A stretch of DNA of 64,000 bases from a candidate division WWE3 bacterium CSP1-7 (GCA_001443395.1 LDXK01000001.1:47426-111425); one strand, 5' to 3'; positions 35,984-46,567 are shown, counted from the stretch's first letter. Notes: a model not told the origin generated them from the letters alone. Numbers and translations are program-made.

Positions 35984-36769
35984 TTAGGTCAACCCGCTCG
36001 ACTCACTTCGTTCGCTCAGGGTTAAGATTTCCGGTCCTTTTTCAGTTATTGCCACCGTGTGTTCAAAAAGACCGCTCAAGCTCTTATCGACGGTTTCCAC
36101 CGTCCAGCCGTCGGCGGCGATCTGGAGATCTCGACCCCCCTCAGTATAAATCACCTCGACCGCCAACGCCATTCCTGCGGAAATTTGGGGATTTGGTCCC
36201 GCCATCACCAAGCAAGGAATCTGGGGATCCTCGTGCAGGTCTTTCCCTACTCCGTGTCCCACCAGCGTGTCCACCGGGGTGTAACCGGCGCCCTCGATAC
36301 CTTTCTGAATGGCAGCGGAGATATCGAGAATGCGGTTGCCCTCCCGAGCTTCGGCAATTGCCTTCTTCAGCGCCTCTTCTCCGGCCCGAAGGAATTTGGT
36401 CTTGGCGCGCGGCGCTTTCTGTTCGTCGCCAATGTAGACCGTCCAGGAGGCGTCGGTGTTGAATCCTTGGTAGAAAGTCCCCAGGTCGACACTCAAAATA
36501 TCTCCTTCCTTGAGTTTTTGAGAGGTGGGAATCCCATGGACAATTCCCTCGTTGACGTTCAGGCAGGTCGCAAAATGGTAGCCCTTAACCCGCTCAAACG
36601 CCGGTGTCCCCCCGCCTTGAATGATCCCCTCCCGGGCAATCTTTTCCAAATCCAAAAGAGAGGTTCCCGGCCGGGCCTGCCGCAGCACATCCTGAAGAGC
36701 GGCGGCGGTGATGCGGCCACCCTCCCGCATAGCTTGGAAATCTTCCTTACTCTTTATCGTAATCATCAA
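35984..36769 (-). CDS. map: Methionine aminopeptidase type I
   Basis: Metal ligands in '[12 protein letters not shown]', 'HGVGKDLHE' and 'EHTVAITE'. Confidence 0.9.
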   Translation of the reverse strand: MMITIKSKEDFQAMREGGRITAAALQDVLRQARPGTSLLDLEKIAREGIIQGGGTPAFERVKGYHFATCLNVNEGIVHGIPTSQKLKEGDILSVDLGTFYQGFNTDASWTVYIGDEQKAPRAKTKFLRAGEEALKKAIAEAREGNRILDISAAIQKGIEGAGYTPVDTLVGHGVGKDLHEDPQIPCLVMAGPNPQISAGMALAVEVIYTEGGRDLQIAADGWTVETVDKSLSGLFEHTVAITEKGPEILTLSERSESSGLT

Positions 36770-36801
36770 AAATTCAACGGGGTGGTTGGGTATCCAAGAG
36801 A

Positions 36802-37068
36802 TTAAAGACCGGGGACTTTCATGTTCATCAACATCCCAGATAGTTTCTTGGAAACTTCCTTTTGCGATTCCTTTATCGCTTTGTTGAAAGCCTTCTTGAG
36901 ATCATCACGCTTCTCTCCGTCGACGGTAATCTCTTGGATCTCCTGGTCGCCTCGAATCCTAATTTGGATATCCCCTTCAGAAACGTCGACCACAATCTGC
37001 TCCATCTCGGACTTCATTTTCTGGCCCTGCTTCCGAAGCTCATTCAATTGTTTCATCTGTTCAAACAT
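36802..37068 (-). CDS. YbaB/EbfC-family nucleoid-associated protein (occupies the usual adk slot between secY and map)
   Basis: 88 aa, Q/K/M-rich helical N-terminus and a C-terminal '...LPGL'-type tail similar to YbaB. Confidence 0.5.
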   Translation of the reverse strand: MFEQMKQLNELRKQGQKMKSEMEQIVVDVSEGDIQIRIRGDQEIQEITVDGEKRDDLKKAFNKAIKESQKEVSKKLSGMLMNMKVPGL

Positions 37069-37105
37069 GCTGTTTAACTATACCCTATCCCCTATACCCT
37101 GGTCT

Positions 37106-38368
37106 CTAGAGATACCCCTCATATTCCCGCACCGACAACTCCCCCTCCAGCTGGCGGAGAGTCTCCAGAACCACCGAAACCACAATTAGAATTCCGGTTC
37201 CCCCTAGCGCAAAAGCCGTTACCCCGGTGACCGCCGCCCCCACCGAAGGAAGAACGGCAACCAGTCCCAAAAAGATGGCGCCGAAGAAAGTCGTCCGGGA
37301 GATGATTCGATCAATAAAATCCTTCGTTGCCATTCCCGGCCGGATACCAGGAATAAAACCGCCCCTCTTTTGCAAGTTTTCGGCCAAATCTTTTGTATTA
37401 AAAACCACTGCGGTATAGAAGAAAGTGAAAAGAAAGACCGAAACAAAATAGACCAGGTTATAGAATAAACCGTTCGGCGAGAAAAGCTTGATAATTTCGG
37501 CAGAAATAAGCTGAATCTGGGGGTTGGCCACCCCGCTCAAGTAACGCGCGATGGTCGGAGGAATCAAAACCAAAGAAACCGCAAAAATGATCGGGATCAC
37601 TCCGGCTTGATTAATACGAAGCGGAAGAAAACTCTGGGCGCCGGCATTCGGTCCGCGGACCGCATACTGGATAGGAATCCGGCGAACGGCCTCATTGATC
37701 AGCACCACCGCGGCAAATAGACCCAGGAGGAGTGCCAGGAAGAGAAACAAGTTGGCTACCTGGCCCGCCGTCAACGCCGTCAGAGACTGCGCCAGGGAGA
37801 GAGGGTAGCCGGCGGCAATTCCGACAAAAATCAGGAGGGAAATCCCATTTCCGATCCCCCGCTCGGTCAGGAGCTCACCCAACCACATCATAAAGAGTGA
37901 TCCGGCGGAGAGCGCAAAAATCAGGGCCACAAGGGAGAGCGGTGATAGCGCCGTGACCACTCCCTGCTGGCGAAGCAGAAAAAAGAATCCGTAACCCTGC
38001 AGAATCGAAAGCGGCAGGGTAAGCAGCCGGGTGTATTGATTGATCTTCGCCTGACCCCATTCCCCCTCTTGAGAGAGCTCTTTAAGTTTGGGAAACCCAA
38101 AAGTCAGAAGCTGAAAAATAATGGAGGCGTTGATATAGGGAGCCAGTCCCAGAGAAACCACGGAAAAATTCTCCATTGTTCCTCCCGAAAATGCGGAAAG
38201 AAGTCCGAGAAGAGCATTTCCAGCGAAGAGCTGACGAAGCTGAACGCGATCAACTCCCGGAAGAGGAACGTGGGCCAGGAACCGAAAGACGACAATTGCC
38301 AGAACCGTAAAAATTATCCGGTTCCGTAGTTCCTTTTGGTACCAAATTCGCTTTAAAGCTTCAATCAT
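37106..38368 (-). CDS. secY: Preprotein translocase SecY
   Basis: 10 TM helices with a conserved N-terminal region and plug. Confidence 0.9.
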   Translation of the reverse strand: MIEALKRIWYQKELRNRIIFTVLAIVVFRFLAHVPLPGVDRVQLRQLFAGNALLGLLSAFSGGTMENFSVVSLGLAPYINASIIFQLLTFGFPKLKELSQEGEWGQAKINQYTRLLTLPLSILQGYGFFFLLRQQGVVTALSPLSLVALIFALSAGSLFMMWLGELLTERGIGNGISLLIFVGIAAGYPLSLAQSLTALTAGQVANLFLFLALLLGLFAAVVLINEAVRRIPIQYAVRGPNAGAQSFLPLRINQAGVIPIIFAVSLVLIPPTIARYLSGVANPQIQLISAEIIKLFSPNGLFYNLVYFVSVFLFTFFYTAVVFNTKDLAENLQKRGGFIPGIRPGMATKDFIDRIISRTTFFGAIFLGLVAVLPSVGAAVTGVTAFALGGTGILIVVSVVLETLRQLEGELSVREYEGYL

Positions 38369-38571
38369 TTCCGCGAACGGACAGTTCCCCGCCGCGGCAA
38401 GCGGCGCGCCAACGGAATCTGACCCCCCTCGAAAGAGGAGCGAACCCGATTGCGAACCTTCTGGCCCTTTGCTCCTCGGCCGGTCGTATGTCCCCCCTTA
38501 CCGGACCCGTAACCGCGACCGACTCTTTTTTTCTTTCCTTTTACAATCCTCGTGAGTTCATGCAGTTCCAT
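38365..38571 (-). CDS. rplO: 50S ribosomal protein L15, truncated (N-terminal ~65 aa only)
   Basis: '[42 protein letters not shown]' matches the L15 N-terminus. The stop overlaps the secY ATG, and no C-terminal domain follows. Confidence 0.7.
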   Translation of the reverse strand: MELHELTRIVKGKKKRVGRGYGSGKGGHTTGRGAKGQKVRNRVRSSFEGGQIPLARRLPRRGTVRSRK

Positions 38572-39043
38572 GATTTTTGCTTAAAATCTTCAAAGCCTCA
38601 ATCGTCGCTTGGGCGTTCGCCATCGGGTTGTTCGTTCCCAGAATCTTAGCCGAGACATCCACCACTCCCGCCAGACCCAGAATATTCCGAACTACACCCC
38701 CCGCGATCAAACCGGCCCCTCGCGGCGCCGGCATCAACAGAAGGCGGGCGGCCCCTTGTTTGAGCGTAATCCGGCGCGGCAGTGTTGATTCTCGCATTAC
38801 AATCTGGAAAACATTCTTCTTGGCTTTGGAATTGGCCTTGACAATCGCCGACCGCAGGTCCCCCGCCTTTCCGTAACCCAAACCAATCTTGCCATTTCTA
38901 TTTCCCACCGCCACCAGGGCGGTAAATCCGATTTTGTCGCCACCCTTAATCTTTTTCGCAACCCGGTTCACTACCAGAACTTTGTCGACAAACTCGCCCG
39001 GTTGAGTGATCTCGGATTGACTTCTAAATCTCGTTCTTTCCAT
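38558..39043 (-). CDS. rpsE: 30S ribosomal protein S5
   Basis: dsRBD-like N-domain and '[16 protein letters not shown]'. Start assigned to MERTRF. Confidence 0.9.
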   Translation of the reverse strand: MERTRFRSQSEITQPGEFVDKVLVVNRVAKKIKGGDKIGFTALVAVGNRNGKIGLGYGKAGDLRSAIVKANSKAKKNVFQIVMRESTLPRRITLKQGAARLLLMPAPRGAGLIAGGVVRNILGLAGVVDVSAKILGTNNPMANAQATIEALKILSKNHGTA

Positions 39044-39044
39044 T

Positions 39045-39395
39045 TTAAAAATCCAAACCTCCTGCGCGCGCACCCTCCGCTACCATCCTAACGCGACCGT
39101 GGTAGGCGTATCCCCGGCGATCAAAAACTACTTTCTTAATCTTAGCTTTCAGTGCCTTCTCGGCCAACTCTTTGCCCACAGCGGAAGCCCGTTCGCTCTT
39201 CTGGCCGCTTTGGAGCGTGAGATCGGCAGCCGAAACCAGTGTTGCCCCTTTTTCGTCGTCAATCAACTGGGCGTAGATGTGCTTACCGGACCGAAAAACA
39301 CTAAGACGAGGCCTCTGGGCCGTCCCAAAAATACGGCTTCTCCCCCGCCGAATTCTTTTTTCCCGTTGAGAATCGTTTTTGTTTATCATGATCAA
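39045..39395 (-). CDS. rplR: 50S ribosomal protein L18
   Basis: '[18 protein letters not shown]'. Confidence 0.9.
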   Translation of the reverse strand: MIMINKNDSQREKRIRRGRSRIFGTAQRPRLSVFRSGKHIYAQLIDDEKGATLVSAADLTLQSGQKSERASAVGKELAEKALKAKIKKVVFDRRGYAYHGRVRMVAEGARAGGLDF

Positions 39396-39937
39396 GCTCC
39401 CCCTCCCGCGGCCGCCTTAACCACCTTCCCCTGCTTGCGGCGGACAACCTCTCCGGCGTAGCGAATCCCTTTGCCCTTGTATGGTTCGGGCGGGCGAAGC
39501 TTGTGAAGCTGGGCCGCCGTTTGGGTCACCACCGCCTTGTTTATCCCCGTCAACTTGATTTTGGTACTGTCGGTCACTTCTACCGCCACCCCTTCCGGTA
39601 TTTTAAATTCCACCGGATGCGAGAAACCCAGAGAGAGTTTTAGCCCCAGGGCGACCTTTTCGGCCCGATAACCCACTCCCACCAGCTCCAGCTCTTTGCT
39701 GAATCCCTGGCTAACTCCCTCAACGGCATTGCGAACCAGCGCAAAACCCAAGCCATAAACCCGCGCCGGAACGGCCGCCGCCGCCGAAAAACGCAGCTCT
39801 TGATCCATCACTACCGCCTGCACTCCCCTGGGAAGATCAACCGAGAGCTGACCCAACGGACCGGAGACCCCGACGATTTGACCTTCGACGAGGACACTTA
39901 CACCTTCCGGCAATTTAATCGGTTTCTTTCCAATCAT
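39392..39937 (-). CDS. rplF: 50S ribosomal protein L6
   Basis: Two-domain L6 with '[23 protein letters not shown]'. Confidence 0.9.
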   Translation of the reverse strand: MIGKKPIKLPEGVSVLVEGQIVGVSGPLGQLSVDLPRGVQAVVMDQELRFSAAAAVPARVYGLGFALVRNAVEGVSQGFSKELELVGVGYRAEKVALGLKLSLGFSHPVEFKIPEGVAVEVTDSTKIKLTGINKAVVTQTAAQLHKLRPPEPYKGKGIRYAGEVVRRKQGKVVKAAAGGGA

Positions 39938-39943
39938 AGCGTC

Positions 39944-40318
39944 TTACCAAATCTCCCCGACCAACTCCCCACCCAACTTCTTCTTCCGGGCTTGCTTGTG
40001 AGTCAGAATTCCCTCGGGAGTGGAGATGATAGCAATTCCCAACGGCGGTTTTTGAATTTCTCGCCAGGAAACATACCAGCGGGCTCCGGGCTTGGAGAGC
40101 CGGCGAACGTTTTCCAGTTTGGGGCTCTGCATGGACAGGAAAAAGTTTTTCCCTTTCTGTTCTTTGAATTTTCGCACCTCTCCCAGGTATCCCTCCGCCA
40201 CAAAAAGCTTGGCGATCTCTTCTTTGAGCCGCGAATACGGGACAACAATCTCACTGCGACCAGCGAGGACCGCGTTTCGGAGTCGGGTGAACATGTCGGC
40301 GATTGGATCGGTTACCAT
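39944..40318 (-). CDS. rpsH: 30S ribosomal protein S8
   Basis: '[16 protein letters not shown]'. Start is at MVTDP. Confidence 0.9.
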   Translation of the reverse strand: MVTDPIADMFTRLRNAVLAGRSEIVVPYSRLKEEIAKLFVAEGYLGEVRKFKEQKGKNFFLSMQSPKLENVRRLSKPGARWYVSWREIQKPPLGIAIISTPEGILTHKQARKKKLGGELVGEIW

Positions 40319-40497
40319 GATGCCTTCCTTACTCCCGGCAACTCGCCCCGGGAAGCCAACTCTCGAAAACAAATTCGGCACATCCCGAATTTACGGATAT
40401 AGGCACCCGACCGACCACAGATGCTGCACCGATTGTAGCCGCGGGTTTTGAACTTCGGCTCTCTTTTGTGTCTTTCAATCCAACTCTTTTTAGGCAT
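40312..40497 (-). CDS. rpsN: 30S ribosomal protein S14 type Z (zinc-binding)
   Basis: 61 aa with 'CSICGRS...CRICFRE' (C-x2-C...C-x2-C). Confidence 0.9.
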   Translation of the reverse strand: MPKKSWIERHKREPKFKTRGYNRCSICGRSGAYIRKFGMCRICFRELASRGELPGVRKASW

Positions 40498-40499
40498 TT

Positions 40500-41033
40500 T
40501 TAGTCGCGAAACGGCATCCCCAACTCCTTGAGAACTCGGTGAGCTTCATCATCCTTATTGGCGCTGGTGGCAATGGTAACTTCCAAACCACGAATCTTGC
40601 CAACTCTGTGAGGGTCGATTTCCGGAAAAGCAGTGTGCTCCACAATCCCGATGGTCAGGTTGCCATGGCCGTCAAAGCTCTTTCGGGAGATCCCCTTAAA
40701 GTCCCTGGTCCGGGGCAGAACCACTCTGATTAGCTTCTCGAGGAAGTCCCACATCCGGCGTCCCCGCAAGGTAACCGCCAAACCCACAATATCGCCCCGG
40801 CGAATCGCAAAGGAAGCGATTGCTTTTTTGGCGGCCCGGAAAGAGGGTGTCTGGCCGGCAATCATAGCGACCTCCTCTTTGACCTTCGCCAAAACCTCCT
40901 TTTCCTCTCTCTCTTTACCAACGCCGACATTGACGACAATCTTGGTTACTCGGGGAACAGCGTACACATTCCCCTTGCCAAGCTCTCCCTTAAGCTTTGA
41001 AGCAACTTCTTTTTGATAGATTTCTTTCAGCAT
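40500..41033 (-). CDS. rplE: 50S ribosomal protein L5
   Basis: '[14 protein letters not shown]'. Start is at MLKEIY. Confidence 0.9.
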   Translation of the reverse strand: MLKEIYQKEVASKLKGELGKGNVYAVPRVTKIVVNVGVGKEREEKEVLAKVKEEVAMIAGQTPSFRAAKKAIASFAIRRGDIVGLAVTLRGRRMWDFLEKLIRVVLPRTRDFKGISRKSFDGHGNLTIGIVEHTAFPEIDPHRVGKIRGLEVTIATSANKDDEAHRVLKELGMPFRD

Positions 41034-41034
41034 T

Positions 41035-41355
41035 TTATTTTTTGGCCTTCTTATCCACACTCGCTCCGCATTGCCGACAGTTTCTGGAACCGGTCAGACG
41101 AGAAACTTTTTTGCACTTTGGGCAGACCACCCCCACTTTGGACGCCCAGAAAGGAGCCTCCGCCGCCACAATCCCCCCGGCCGAATCCTTGGTCTTTTTT
41201 GTGAAGCGCTTGAGCATGTTTATGCCCGCCACCACGATCTTTCTCTCTCCGAGAATCACTCGGAGGACATCTCCCTCCCGGCCCCGATCCTTGCCCGAGA
41301 GAACCCTGACCGTATCGCCTTTCTTAATTTTCATGCCAATCTTCGTATTCTGCAT
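41035..41355 (-). CDS. rplX: 50S ribosomal protein L24 with a C-terminal zinc-ribbon extension
   Basis: KOW 'MKIKKGDTVRVLSGKDRGREG', then a tail 'CPKCKKVSRLTGSRNCRQCG' (C-x2-C...C-x2-C). Confidence 0.85.
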   Translation of the reverse strand: MQNTKIGMKIKKGDTVRVLSGKDRGREGDVLRVILGERKIVVAGINMLKRFTKKTKDSAGGIVAAEAPFWASKVGVVCPKCKKVSRLTGSRNCRQCGASVDKKAKK

Positions 41356-41362
41356 CTGGCTC

Positions 41363-41731
41363 TCAAAAAACCTCGGTCGCCAAAGAGGCGATCTTCTTAA
41401 ACCCCCGCTCCCGCACCTCTCGGGCAATCGGTCCGAAGACTCGGCTCCCTTTAGGATTGCCCTGATTGTCAATCACCACTCCGGCATTATCGTCAAAGCG
41501 AATGTAGGAACCGTCCGGCCGGCGGACCTCTTTTCTCGTCCGAACAACGACGGCCCTCTCAATCCCGTGGTCCTTGACGGCACCGTTGGGATCGGCTCCC
41601 CGAATCGCAACCGATACCGTATCACCCAGATAGGCGATGCGGCTCGAGCCCCGACGAGGAATTCCGATCACCCGCAACTTTTTTGCTCCGGAATTATCGG
41701 CGGCGACCAGCATTGTTTCGCGTTGAATCAT
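41363..41731 (-). CDS. rplN: 50S ribosomal protein L14
   Basis: 'MIQRETMLVAADNSGAKKLRVIG'. Confidence 0.9.
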   Translation of the reverse strand: MIQRETMLVAADNSGAKKLRVIGIPRRGSSRIAYLGDTVSVAIRGADPNGAVKDHGIERAVVVRTRKEVRRPDGSYIRFDDNAGVVIDNQGNPKGSRVFGPIAREVRERGFKKIASLATEVF

Positions 41732-42063
41732 TTCTTCGACCCCTTTCTCCGCCGACTTACGGTTTTCTTGGCACCTTCTGTCTTGATTTTCTCCTTGGCT
41801 ACTGGCTCCTGGCTCCTAGCGACTGATTTCCCATCCAATTCCACCACCACCCACCGCTTTGTTTTTGAGATGGGCCGGCTCTCCTCGATCGTCACCGATT
41901 TCCCAACCGGAGCGTCTCCGTCTGCCACGTGAACCAAGTAAACCTTAGAAGTCAGGATGCGCTTCCGGTAGCGGGGGTGATGAAAAACCCGCACCACCTC
42001 CACCGCCACGGTGTTCTTGCCACTGATTCTTTTGATTATCCCTTTAAGCTTTTTTCTTGCCAT
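41728..42063 (-). CDS. rpsQ: 30S ribosomal protein S17 (K-rich C-terminal extension)
   Basis: OB-fold 'KTVAVEVVRVFHHPRYRKRI'. Confidence 0.85.
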   Translation of the reverse strand: MARKKLKGIIKRISGKNTVAVEVVRVFHHPRYRKRILTSKVYLVHVADGDAPVGKSVTIEESRPISKTKRWVVVELDGKSVARSQEPVAKEKIKTEGAKKTVSRRRKGSKK

Positions 42064-42280
42064 TTTGTTTCTCTACCAAAACTTCCTTCAGAATTTCTTT
42101 CTCACCCATAGCCGTCATCACCCGCGCCGCCTCCCGCCGTTTTTTGCTAATCGTGGAGGTGTCGGCCAAGGAACCGATCGCCCGCTTGCCGCGGAGCTGG
42201 GAAATCTCCGCCTGCGTCTCCGCCAAAACCTTGCGGAGCTCCTTCTCCTCTTTTTCGCGAAACTCTTTCATTTTGCTCAT
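42044..42280 (-). CDS. rpmC: 50S ribosomal protein L29
   Basis: Helical 'ELRKVLAETQAEISQLRGKRAIGSL'. Confidence 0.85.
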   Translation of the reverse strand: MSKMKEFREKEEKELRKVLAETQAEISQLRGKRAIGSLADTSTISKKRREAARVMTAMGEKEILKEVLVEKQNGKKKA

Positions 42281-42316
42281 TTTTTCAAAATGCTAGGTCG
42301 TTTCTTCGGCCGTCCA
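42278..42316 (-). repeat. Structured intergenic repeat, copy D (rpmC leader; near-identical to copy C)
   Basis: Minus strand TGGACGG + CCGAAG-AAA-CGACC + TAGCAT, then CATTTT-GAA-AAAATG (rpmC ATG). Confidence 0.7.
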
Positions 42317-42322
42317 TACGGC

Positions 42323-42727
42323 TCATTTCTTGACAATCTTCGTGGCGAGAGGCAACTTGGCCGCCGCCAATTTTAGGGCCTTCTCGGAAAGCTCCGCGGG
42401 AACACCGGAAATCTCAAGCAGGATCCGTCCCGGTTTGATTTCGGCCGCGTAGTGGTCTACTGCCGATTTTCCTCCCCCCATCCGAATTTCCGCCGGCTTT
42501 TTGGAAACCGGTTTGTCGGGGAAGATCCTGATCCACAACTTTCCCCCTCTTTCCGTGTATCCCCGAATAACCTTTCGAGCCGCCTCAATGTGCCGGGAGG
42601 AAAGATTCCCTTTTGTCAGGGCTTGCAGACCGTATTCCCCAAAGGAGACCTCGCTGCCACGCCAGGCCTTGCCCTTGATCCGGCCGCGAAAACGTTTTCT
42701 GAATTTTGTCTTTTTTGGTAACAGCAT
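42323..42727 (-). CDS. rplP: 50S ribosomal protein L16
   Basis: '[24 protein letters not shown]'. Confidence 0.9.
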   Translation of the reverse strand: MLLPKKTKFRKRFRGRIKGKAWRGSEVSFGEYGLQALTKGNLSSRHIEAARKVIRGYTERGGKLWIRIFPDKPVSKKPAEIRMGGGKSAVDHYAAEIKPGRILLEISGVPAELSEKALKLAAAKLPLATKIVKK

Positions 42728-42730
42728 TTT

Positions 42731-43378
42731 TTAATCCTTGTTCAGCTCACCTCGGAAAACCCAAACCTTAACTCCAATTTTTCCGTAGCGCGTGGAGGCA
42801 AAACGGCCGGCAAAATCGATATCGGCTCTCAGAGTGGAGAGCGGGATCGATCCGCGCGAAATCTTTTCTCTTCGCGCAATCTCGGATCCCCCCAATCTCC
42901 CGGCCGCCTCGATCTTTACCCCCTTTGCTCCCCGACTCATCGACTCCTCGACGATCTCATTCAAAACTCTTCGATACTGACGCCCCCGCCGCTCCAGAAT
43001 ATTCACCACCCGGTCCGCCAGAAGAGCCGCGGAGGTGGCCGGCGATTTGGATTCGACGATATCCAGCTCCACCGGGACTTCCAGAATTCTTGTCAGTTCT
43101 ACCTTGAGGAGCTCGGCGCCGCCGCCGCCCCGGCCGATGACCAAACCGGGCTTGGCCACAATCACGACCACTTTAACCTTTGATCCGGAACGTTCGATCT
43201 CGATGTCCTCCAAACCCGCTTCTATAAGCCTCGCGGCGAGGAAACGGCGGATCCGCGAGTCCTCTCCGGCGTTCTTGGCGTAATCCCGATCGCTAAACCA
43301 GCGCGAGCGCCACGGCAGAAAAGTGCCCGTTCTCAGAGATTTGGGACTCAGCTTATGACCCACTGTTACTCCTTTCAT
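42731..43378 (-). CDS. rpsC: 30S ribosomal protein S3
   Basis: KH domain plus S3 C-terminal domain, with 'GQKVNPKSLR'-like N-terminus. Confidence 0.9.
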   Translation of the reverse strand: MKGVTVGHKLSPKSLRTGTFLPWRSRWFSDRDYAKNAGEDSRIRRFLAARLIEAGLEDIEIERSGSKVKVVVIVAKPGLVIGRGGGGAELLKVELTRILEVPVELDIVESKSPATSAALLADRVVNILERRGRQYRRVLNEIVEESMSRGAKGVKIEAAGRLGGSEIARREKISRGSIPLSTLRADIDFAGRFASTRYGKIGVKVWVFRGELNKD

Positions 43379-43784
43379 CTCTATCAGCGATCTTCTTTAG
43401 AACGACCATTAGATGGGTGGAGGGGCTGATAATCATTCCGCGCGATCCCCGGGATTTCGGGTCCACTCGCCGCCGAAAGGTAGGTCCCTTGTCCGCCCGA
43501 ACTTCCGCCACCAACCAGGTTTCTTTATCGAAACCGGCTCCGGCGTTGGCAGAAGCGGAGTGGAGAACATCGGCCACCGTTTCGCCGCCGCGGGTACCGC
43601 TGAACTTCAGGATAGTTTCGGCTACAACCACCCTCTTGCCGCGGATCAAGCGCGCGAAATCCCGGACTTTGGTCGGGGTAATCTTCAGGTAGCGACCAAT
43701 AGCCCGCGCTTCCGTCTTTGCGGGAGCGACCGGAACCGCCGGTACCGATTTTTCTTTTTTGTCTTTAATCTTTGTTTTTTCCAT
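43353..43784 (-). CDS. rplV: 50S ribosomal protein L22 (N-terminal K-rich extension)
   Basis: 'RYLKITPTKVRDFARLIRGKRV'. Confidence 0.85.
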   Translation of the reverse strand: MEKTKIKDKKEKSVPAVPVAPAKTEARAIGRYLKITPTKVRDFARLIRGKRVVVAETILKFSGTRGGETVADVLHSASANAGAGFDKETWLVAEVRADKGPTFRRRVDPKSRGSRGMIISPSTHLMVVLKKIADRDERSNSGS

Positions 43785-44077
43785 TAGACTCTTCCCTCCG
43801 AGAGGGTCGCCTTGACCCCTTTTGCCCCATGCTTCCGGAAGGTCCGCGTCGGGGAAAACTCTCCCAAATGATGTCCCACCATCGCCTCGACAATTTTTAC
43901 CGGGATGTGCTCTTTTCCGTTGTAAACCGCAATCGTTAACCCCACCATTTCCGGGGAAACTTGGGAAGAGCGCGACCAGGTTCGAATCGGCTCGTTGCTA
44001 CCGGCTTCTTTGGCCCGCAAAACCTTTTTCATCAATTTTGGCTCGATAAACGGCCCTTTTTTGTTACTTCGGCTCAT
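43784..44077 (-). CDS. rpsS: 30S ribosomal protein S19
   Basis: '[14 protein letters not shown]...[10 protein letters not shown]'. Confidence 0.9.
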   Translation of the reverse strand: MSRSNKKGPFIEPKLMKKVLRAKEAGSNEPIRTWSRSSQVSPEMVGLTIAVYNGKEHIPVKIVEAMVGHHLGEFSPTRTFRKHGAKGVKATLSEGRV

Positions 44078-44823
44078 CTTTTCTTTTTCCTCAATACAAT
44101 GTAACGATCGGTATGAAAGCGCTTCCGCGTCTTCTTGCCCAGAGTGGGTTTACCCCAAGGAGTTTTGGGACCGGGCATTCCGATTCCGGAACGGCCTTCT
44201 CCCCCTCCGTGCGGATGGGAGGACGGATTCTGCGCCACTCCCCGCACCGTGGGCCGAATCCCCATGTGCCGTTTGATCCCAGCCTTCCCGTATTTTCTCA
44301 GCTTGCGCTCCACTCCCGCCAAACGGCCGACCGTCGCCCAACAATCTTTAAATATGCGGCGAACTTCTCCGGAGGGCATCTTTAGGTGGACGAACTCATC
44401 CTCCCGCGCCACCACCACCGCGGCCGAACCGGCCGTCCGGACAAACTGCGCTCCCCTTCCGGGGATGAGCTCGACGTTGTGAACCTCGGTTCCCACCGGA
44501 ATCTTGCCGATCGGCAGGGCATTCCCGGTTCGGATCGGGGCGGAATCATCACTGACCACCTGGTCCCCGACCTGGAGCTTCTCCGGCTGGAGAATAAACC
44601 GCCGCTCTCCGTCTTTGTAGACCAGCCGAGCGAGATTGGCAGAGCGGTTGGGGTCGTACTCGAACAGCTCCACCCGCCCCGGCAGTCCGCGCTTATCGCG
44701 TTTAAAGTCTATCACCCGATAGAGCCGTTTGGCGCCTCCGCCGTGGTGGCGAGTCGTTACTTTTCCGAGGCTCCGCCCCACCGCCCGCTTTCGGCCAAAT
44801 TTTAGAGTCTTTGGTTTGGTCAC
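44074..44823 (-). CDS. rplB: 50S ribosomal protein L2
   Basis: '[11 protein letters not shown]' and '[12 protein letters not shown]' motifs. Confidence 0.9.
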   Translation of the reverse strand: MTKPKTLKFGRKRAVGRSLGKVTTRHHGGGAKRLYRVIDFKRDKRGLPGRVELFEYDPNRSANLARLVYKDGERRFILQPEKLQVGDQVVSDDSAPIRTGNALPIGKIPVGTEVHNVELIPGRGAQFVRTAGSAAVVVAREDEFVHLKMPSGEVRRIFKDCWATVGRLAGVERKLRKYGKAGIKRHMGIRPTVRGVAQNPSSHPHGGGEGRSGIGMPGPKTPWGKPTLGKKTRKRFHTDRYIVLRKKKR

Positions 44824-45119
44824 TTTTCTTCAAAAAACTCAATCTTCCCCTCCGACAAAGTCACCAAGGCCTTTTTAACCGCACTCTGTTCCGCCCGCAC
44901 CGGTCGCTTTTTGGGTGTCCGCCAGCGAGTCTCTTTTCCGGGAGTGCGAATAATGGCGACCTTCGCCACTTTGGTTCCTTTGTGAAGAAGCTCGACCGCC
45001 GCGGCCACATCTTTCTTCGTGGCCTGAGGCGCAATCTCAAAAAGATATTTTCCCTGACGGGCCTGGGCGTAGCCCTTTTCCGAAACCACCGGCTTTTTTA
45101 AAACTTGATAGATGTTCAT
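44820..45119 (-). CDS. rplW: 50S ribosomal protein L23
   Basis: '[15 protein letters not shown]'. Confidence 0.85.
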   Translation of the reverse strand: MNIYQVLKKPVVSEKGYAQARQGKYLFEIAPQATKKDVAAAVELLHKGTKVAKVAIIRTPGKETRWRTPKKRPVRAEQSAVKKALVTLSEGKIEFFEEK

Positions 45120-45856
45120 CGCTTCTTGCTCTTTGTCTTTCGCTTAGGGCCAACCGTCTTTTTTACTACTTTCACTGGCTTTATCGCCTTTACCACTTTT
45201 ACCGTCTTTCTTTTCTCCGTCAATCTCTCCTTGAGCTTCCCAATGCTTTCCTGGAAAAAAACCAGATCGCCGGAGTTGAGAACCTCATAGGGATTCAGGT
45301 TCCCCACCAACTCCACCGTCGCGTCCGCCAGATTCCGGAAGGAACGGAAGACATTGGTATTCATTTCAGGAACGACCACCAAAGCTTTCCGAGTTTTGAG
45401 TTTCGCCAAAAGCTGTTGGGCAACGGCGGTTTTCGGCTCTTTGAAAACTGGGTCCACGACCACCCAAACCCTTTCCGCCGCCGCTTTGGCAGAGAGTGCC
45501 GACCGTAACGCCAAGTCCTTAACCTTTTTGGTCAGAAGCGCCTCAAAGGTGCGAGGCCGGGGACCAAAGGTTATCCCCCCGCCAACCCAAATCGGAGAAC
45601 GAACCGAACCGTGCCGCGCCCGCCCCGTGCCCTTCTGGGCCCAGGGTTTGCGTCCCCCACCGGAGACCTCACCCCGAGTCTTGGTGGCCACCGTTCCGGC
45701 CCGCTGGATGTTCCGATAGACGTGGATGTACTGACGCAGGACCGTGAGGTTTGGCTTCACTCCAAAGATATCCTCCGGCAGTTCAATCTTCTTTTCGGTT
45801 TTTACTCCCTTCGCGCTATAGATACTAACTTTCATGGTCTTTTCATGAAATTGCAA
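45116..45856 (-). CDS. rplD: 50S ribosomal protein L4 (K-rich C-terminal extension)
   Basis: '[19 protein letters not shown]'. Start possibly at MKVSIY (45835). Confidence 0.85.
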   Translation of the reverse strand: MQFHEKTMKVSIYSAKGVKTEKKIELPEDIFGVKPNLTVLRQYIHVYRNIQRAGTVATKTRGEVSGGGRKPWAQKGTGRARHGSVRSPIWVGGGITFGPRPRTFEALLTKKVKDLALRSALSAKAAAERVWVVVDPVFKEPKTAVAQQLLAKLKTRKALVVVPEMNTNVFRSFRNLADATVELVGNLNPYEVLNSGDLVFFQESIGKLKERLTEKRKTVKVVKAIKPVKVVKKTVGPKRKTKSKKR

Positions 45857-45880
45857 CCCCCTTTAGCGGGGACAGCACTC

Positions 45881-46411
45881 TCATTGTTTTTTCTCCTCTT
45901 CCTTAACTTCTTCCTTCGAACTCTCGGTTCCCGGCGCGGCTTTTTCCGCCGGCGGAATCTCGCTCTCCGTTACGGTCTCGCCGGGTTCGTAAAATATCGT
46001 TAGATTACTCAGCCGCGGGCCGGGAAGAGCTCCCGAGATCCTGGCGATTTTCTTCTCGGTATCCACCTCCACCACCGATAATCCCGGCACCGTCACCTGC
46101 TCCCCACCCATGCGGCCGGCCATCCGCTTGCCGCGATAGACTCGGCCGGGAGTGGTTGTGCCGCCGATCGAACCTGGAGCGCGCCCCTTGGTCGAGCGGC
46201 CGTGGGTTGCCGGCATTCCTGCAAAACCGTGGCGCTTCATCACTCCGGCAAAGCCCTTTCCCTTGGACGTTCCCACCACTCTAACGGGCGTCCCGGGGGT
46301 AAAATCGGCCGGAATCTCCGTCAGCGAAACCGCGGTCACAGGAACAACTCTCCCGTCGGGCGAGAAAACCTGACCCATATCCAATTTTCGAGCTTCGATT
46401 TTGTTAGTCAC
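45881..46411 (-). CDS. rplC: 50S ribosomal protein L3 (GTG start)
   Basis: '[21 protein letters not shown]'. GTG start abuts an upstream hairpin/U-tract. Confidence 0.85.
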   Translation of the reverse strand: MTNKIEARKLDMGQVFSPDGRVVPVTAVSLTEIPADFTPGTPVRVVGTSKGKGFAGVMKRHGFAGMPATHGRSTKGRAPGSIGGTTTPGRVYRGKRMAGRMGGEQVTVPGLSVVEVDTEKKIARISGALPGPRLSNLTIFYEPGETVTESEIPPAEKAAPGTESSKEEVKEEEKKQ

Positions 46412-46442
46412 AAAAAAAGCCGCTGCTCAAGCGGCCAAAAAG
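46412..46442 (-). terminator. Attenuator-like intrinsic terminator hairpin (GCCGC-TTGAGCA-GCGGC + U7) directly abutting the rplC GTG start, at the end of a ~120-nt leader
   Basis: On the minus strand, a 5-bp GC stem with a 7-nt loop, A-run upstream and TTTTTTT immediately 5' of GTG. Confidence 0.5.
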
Positions 46443-46538
46443 TCAGCGAGTTATTAGCACTAGCCAGCCGTATCCCGAGAACCCGCCTGCCGACTGCTGT
46501 CTGCTGTCTTTGTGAAACGCTTGGGCATTAACGAAGAG

Positions 46539-46567
46539 ATAATAACAGAAGAAATCAAGCTTAGCAA
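46539..46567 (-). promoter_or_regulatory. Sigma70-like promoter for the rplC-led operon (-35 TTGCTA, 17 nt spacer, -10 TATTAT) inside the 218-nt rpsJ-rplC spacer
   Basis: Hexamers read on the minus strand with an exact 17-nt spacer. Confidence 0.45.
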
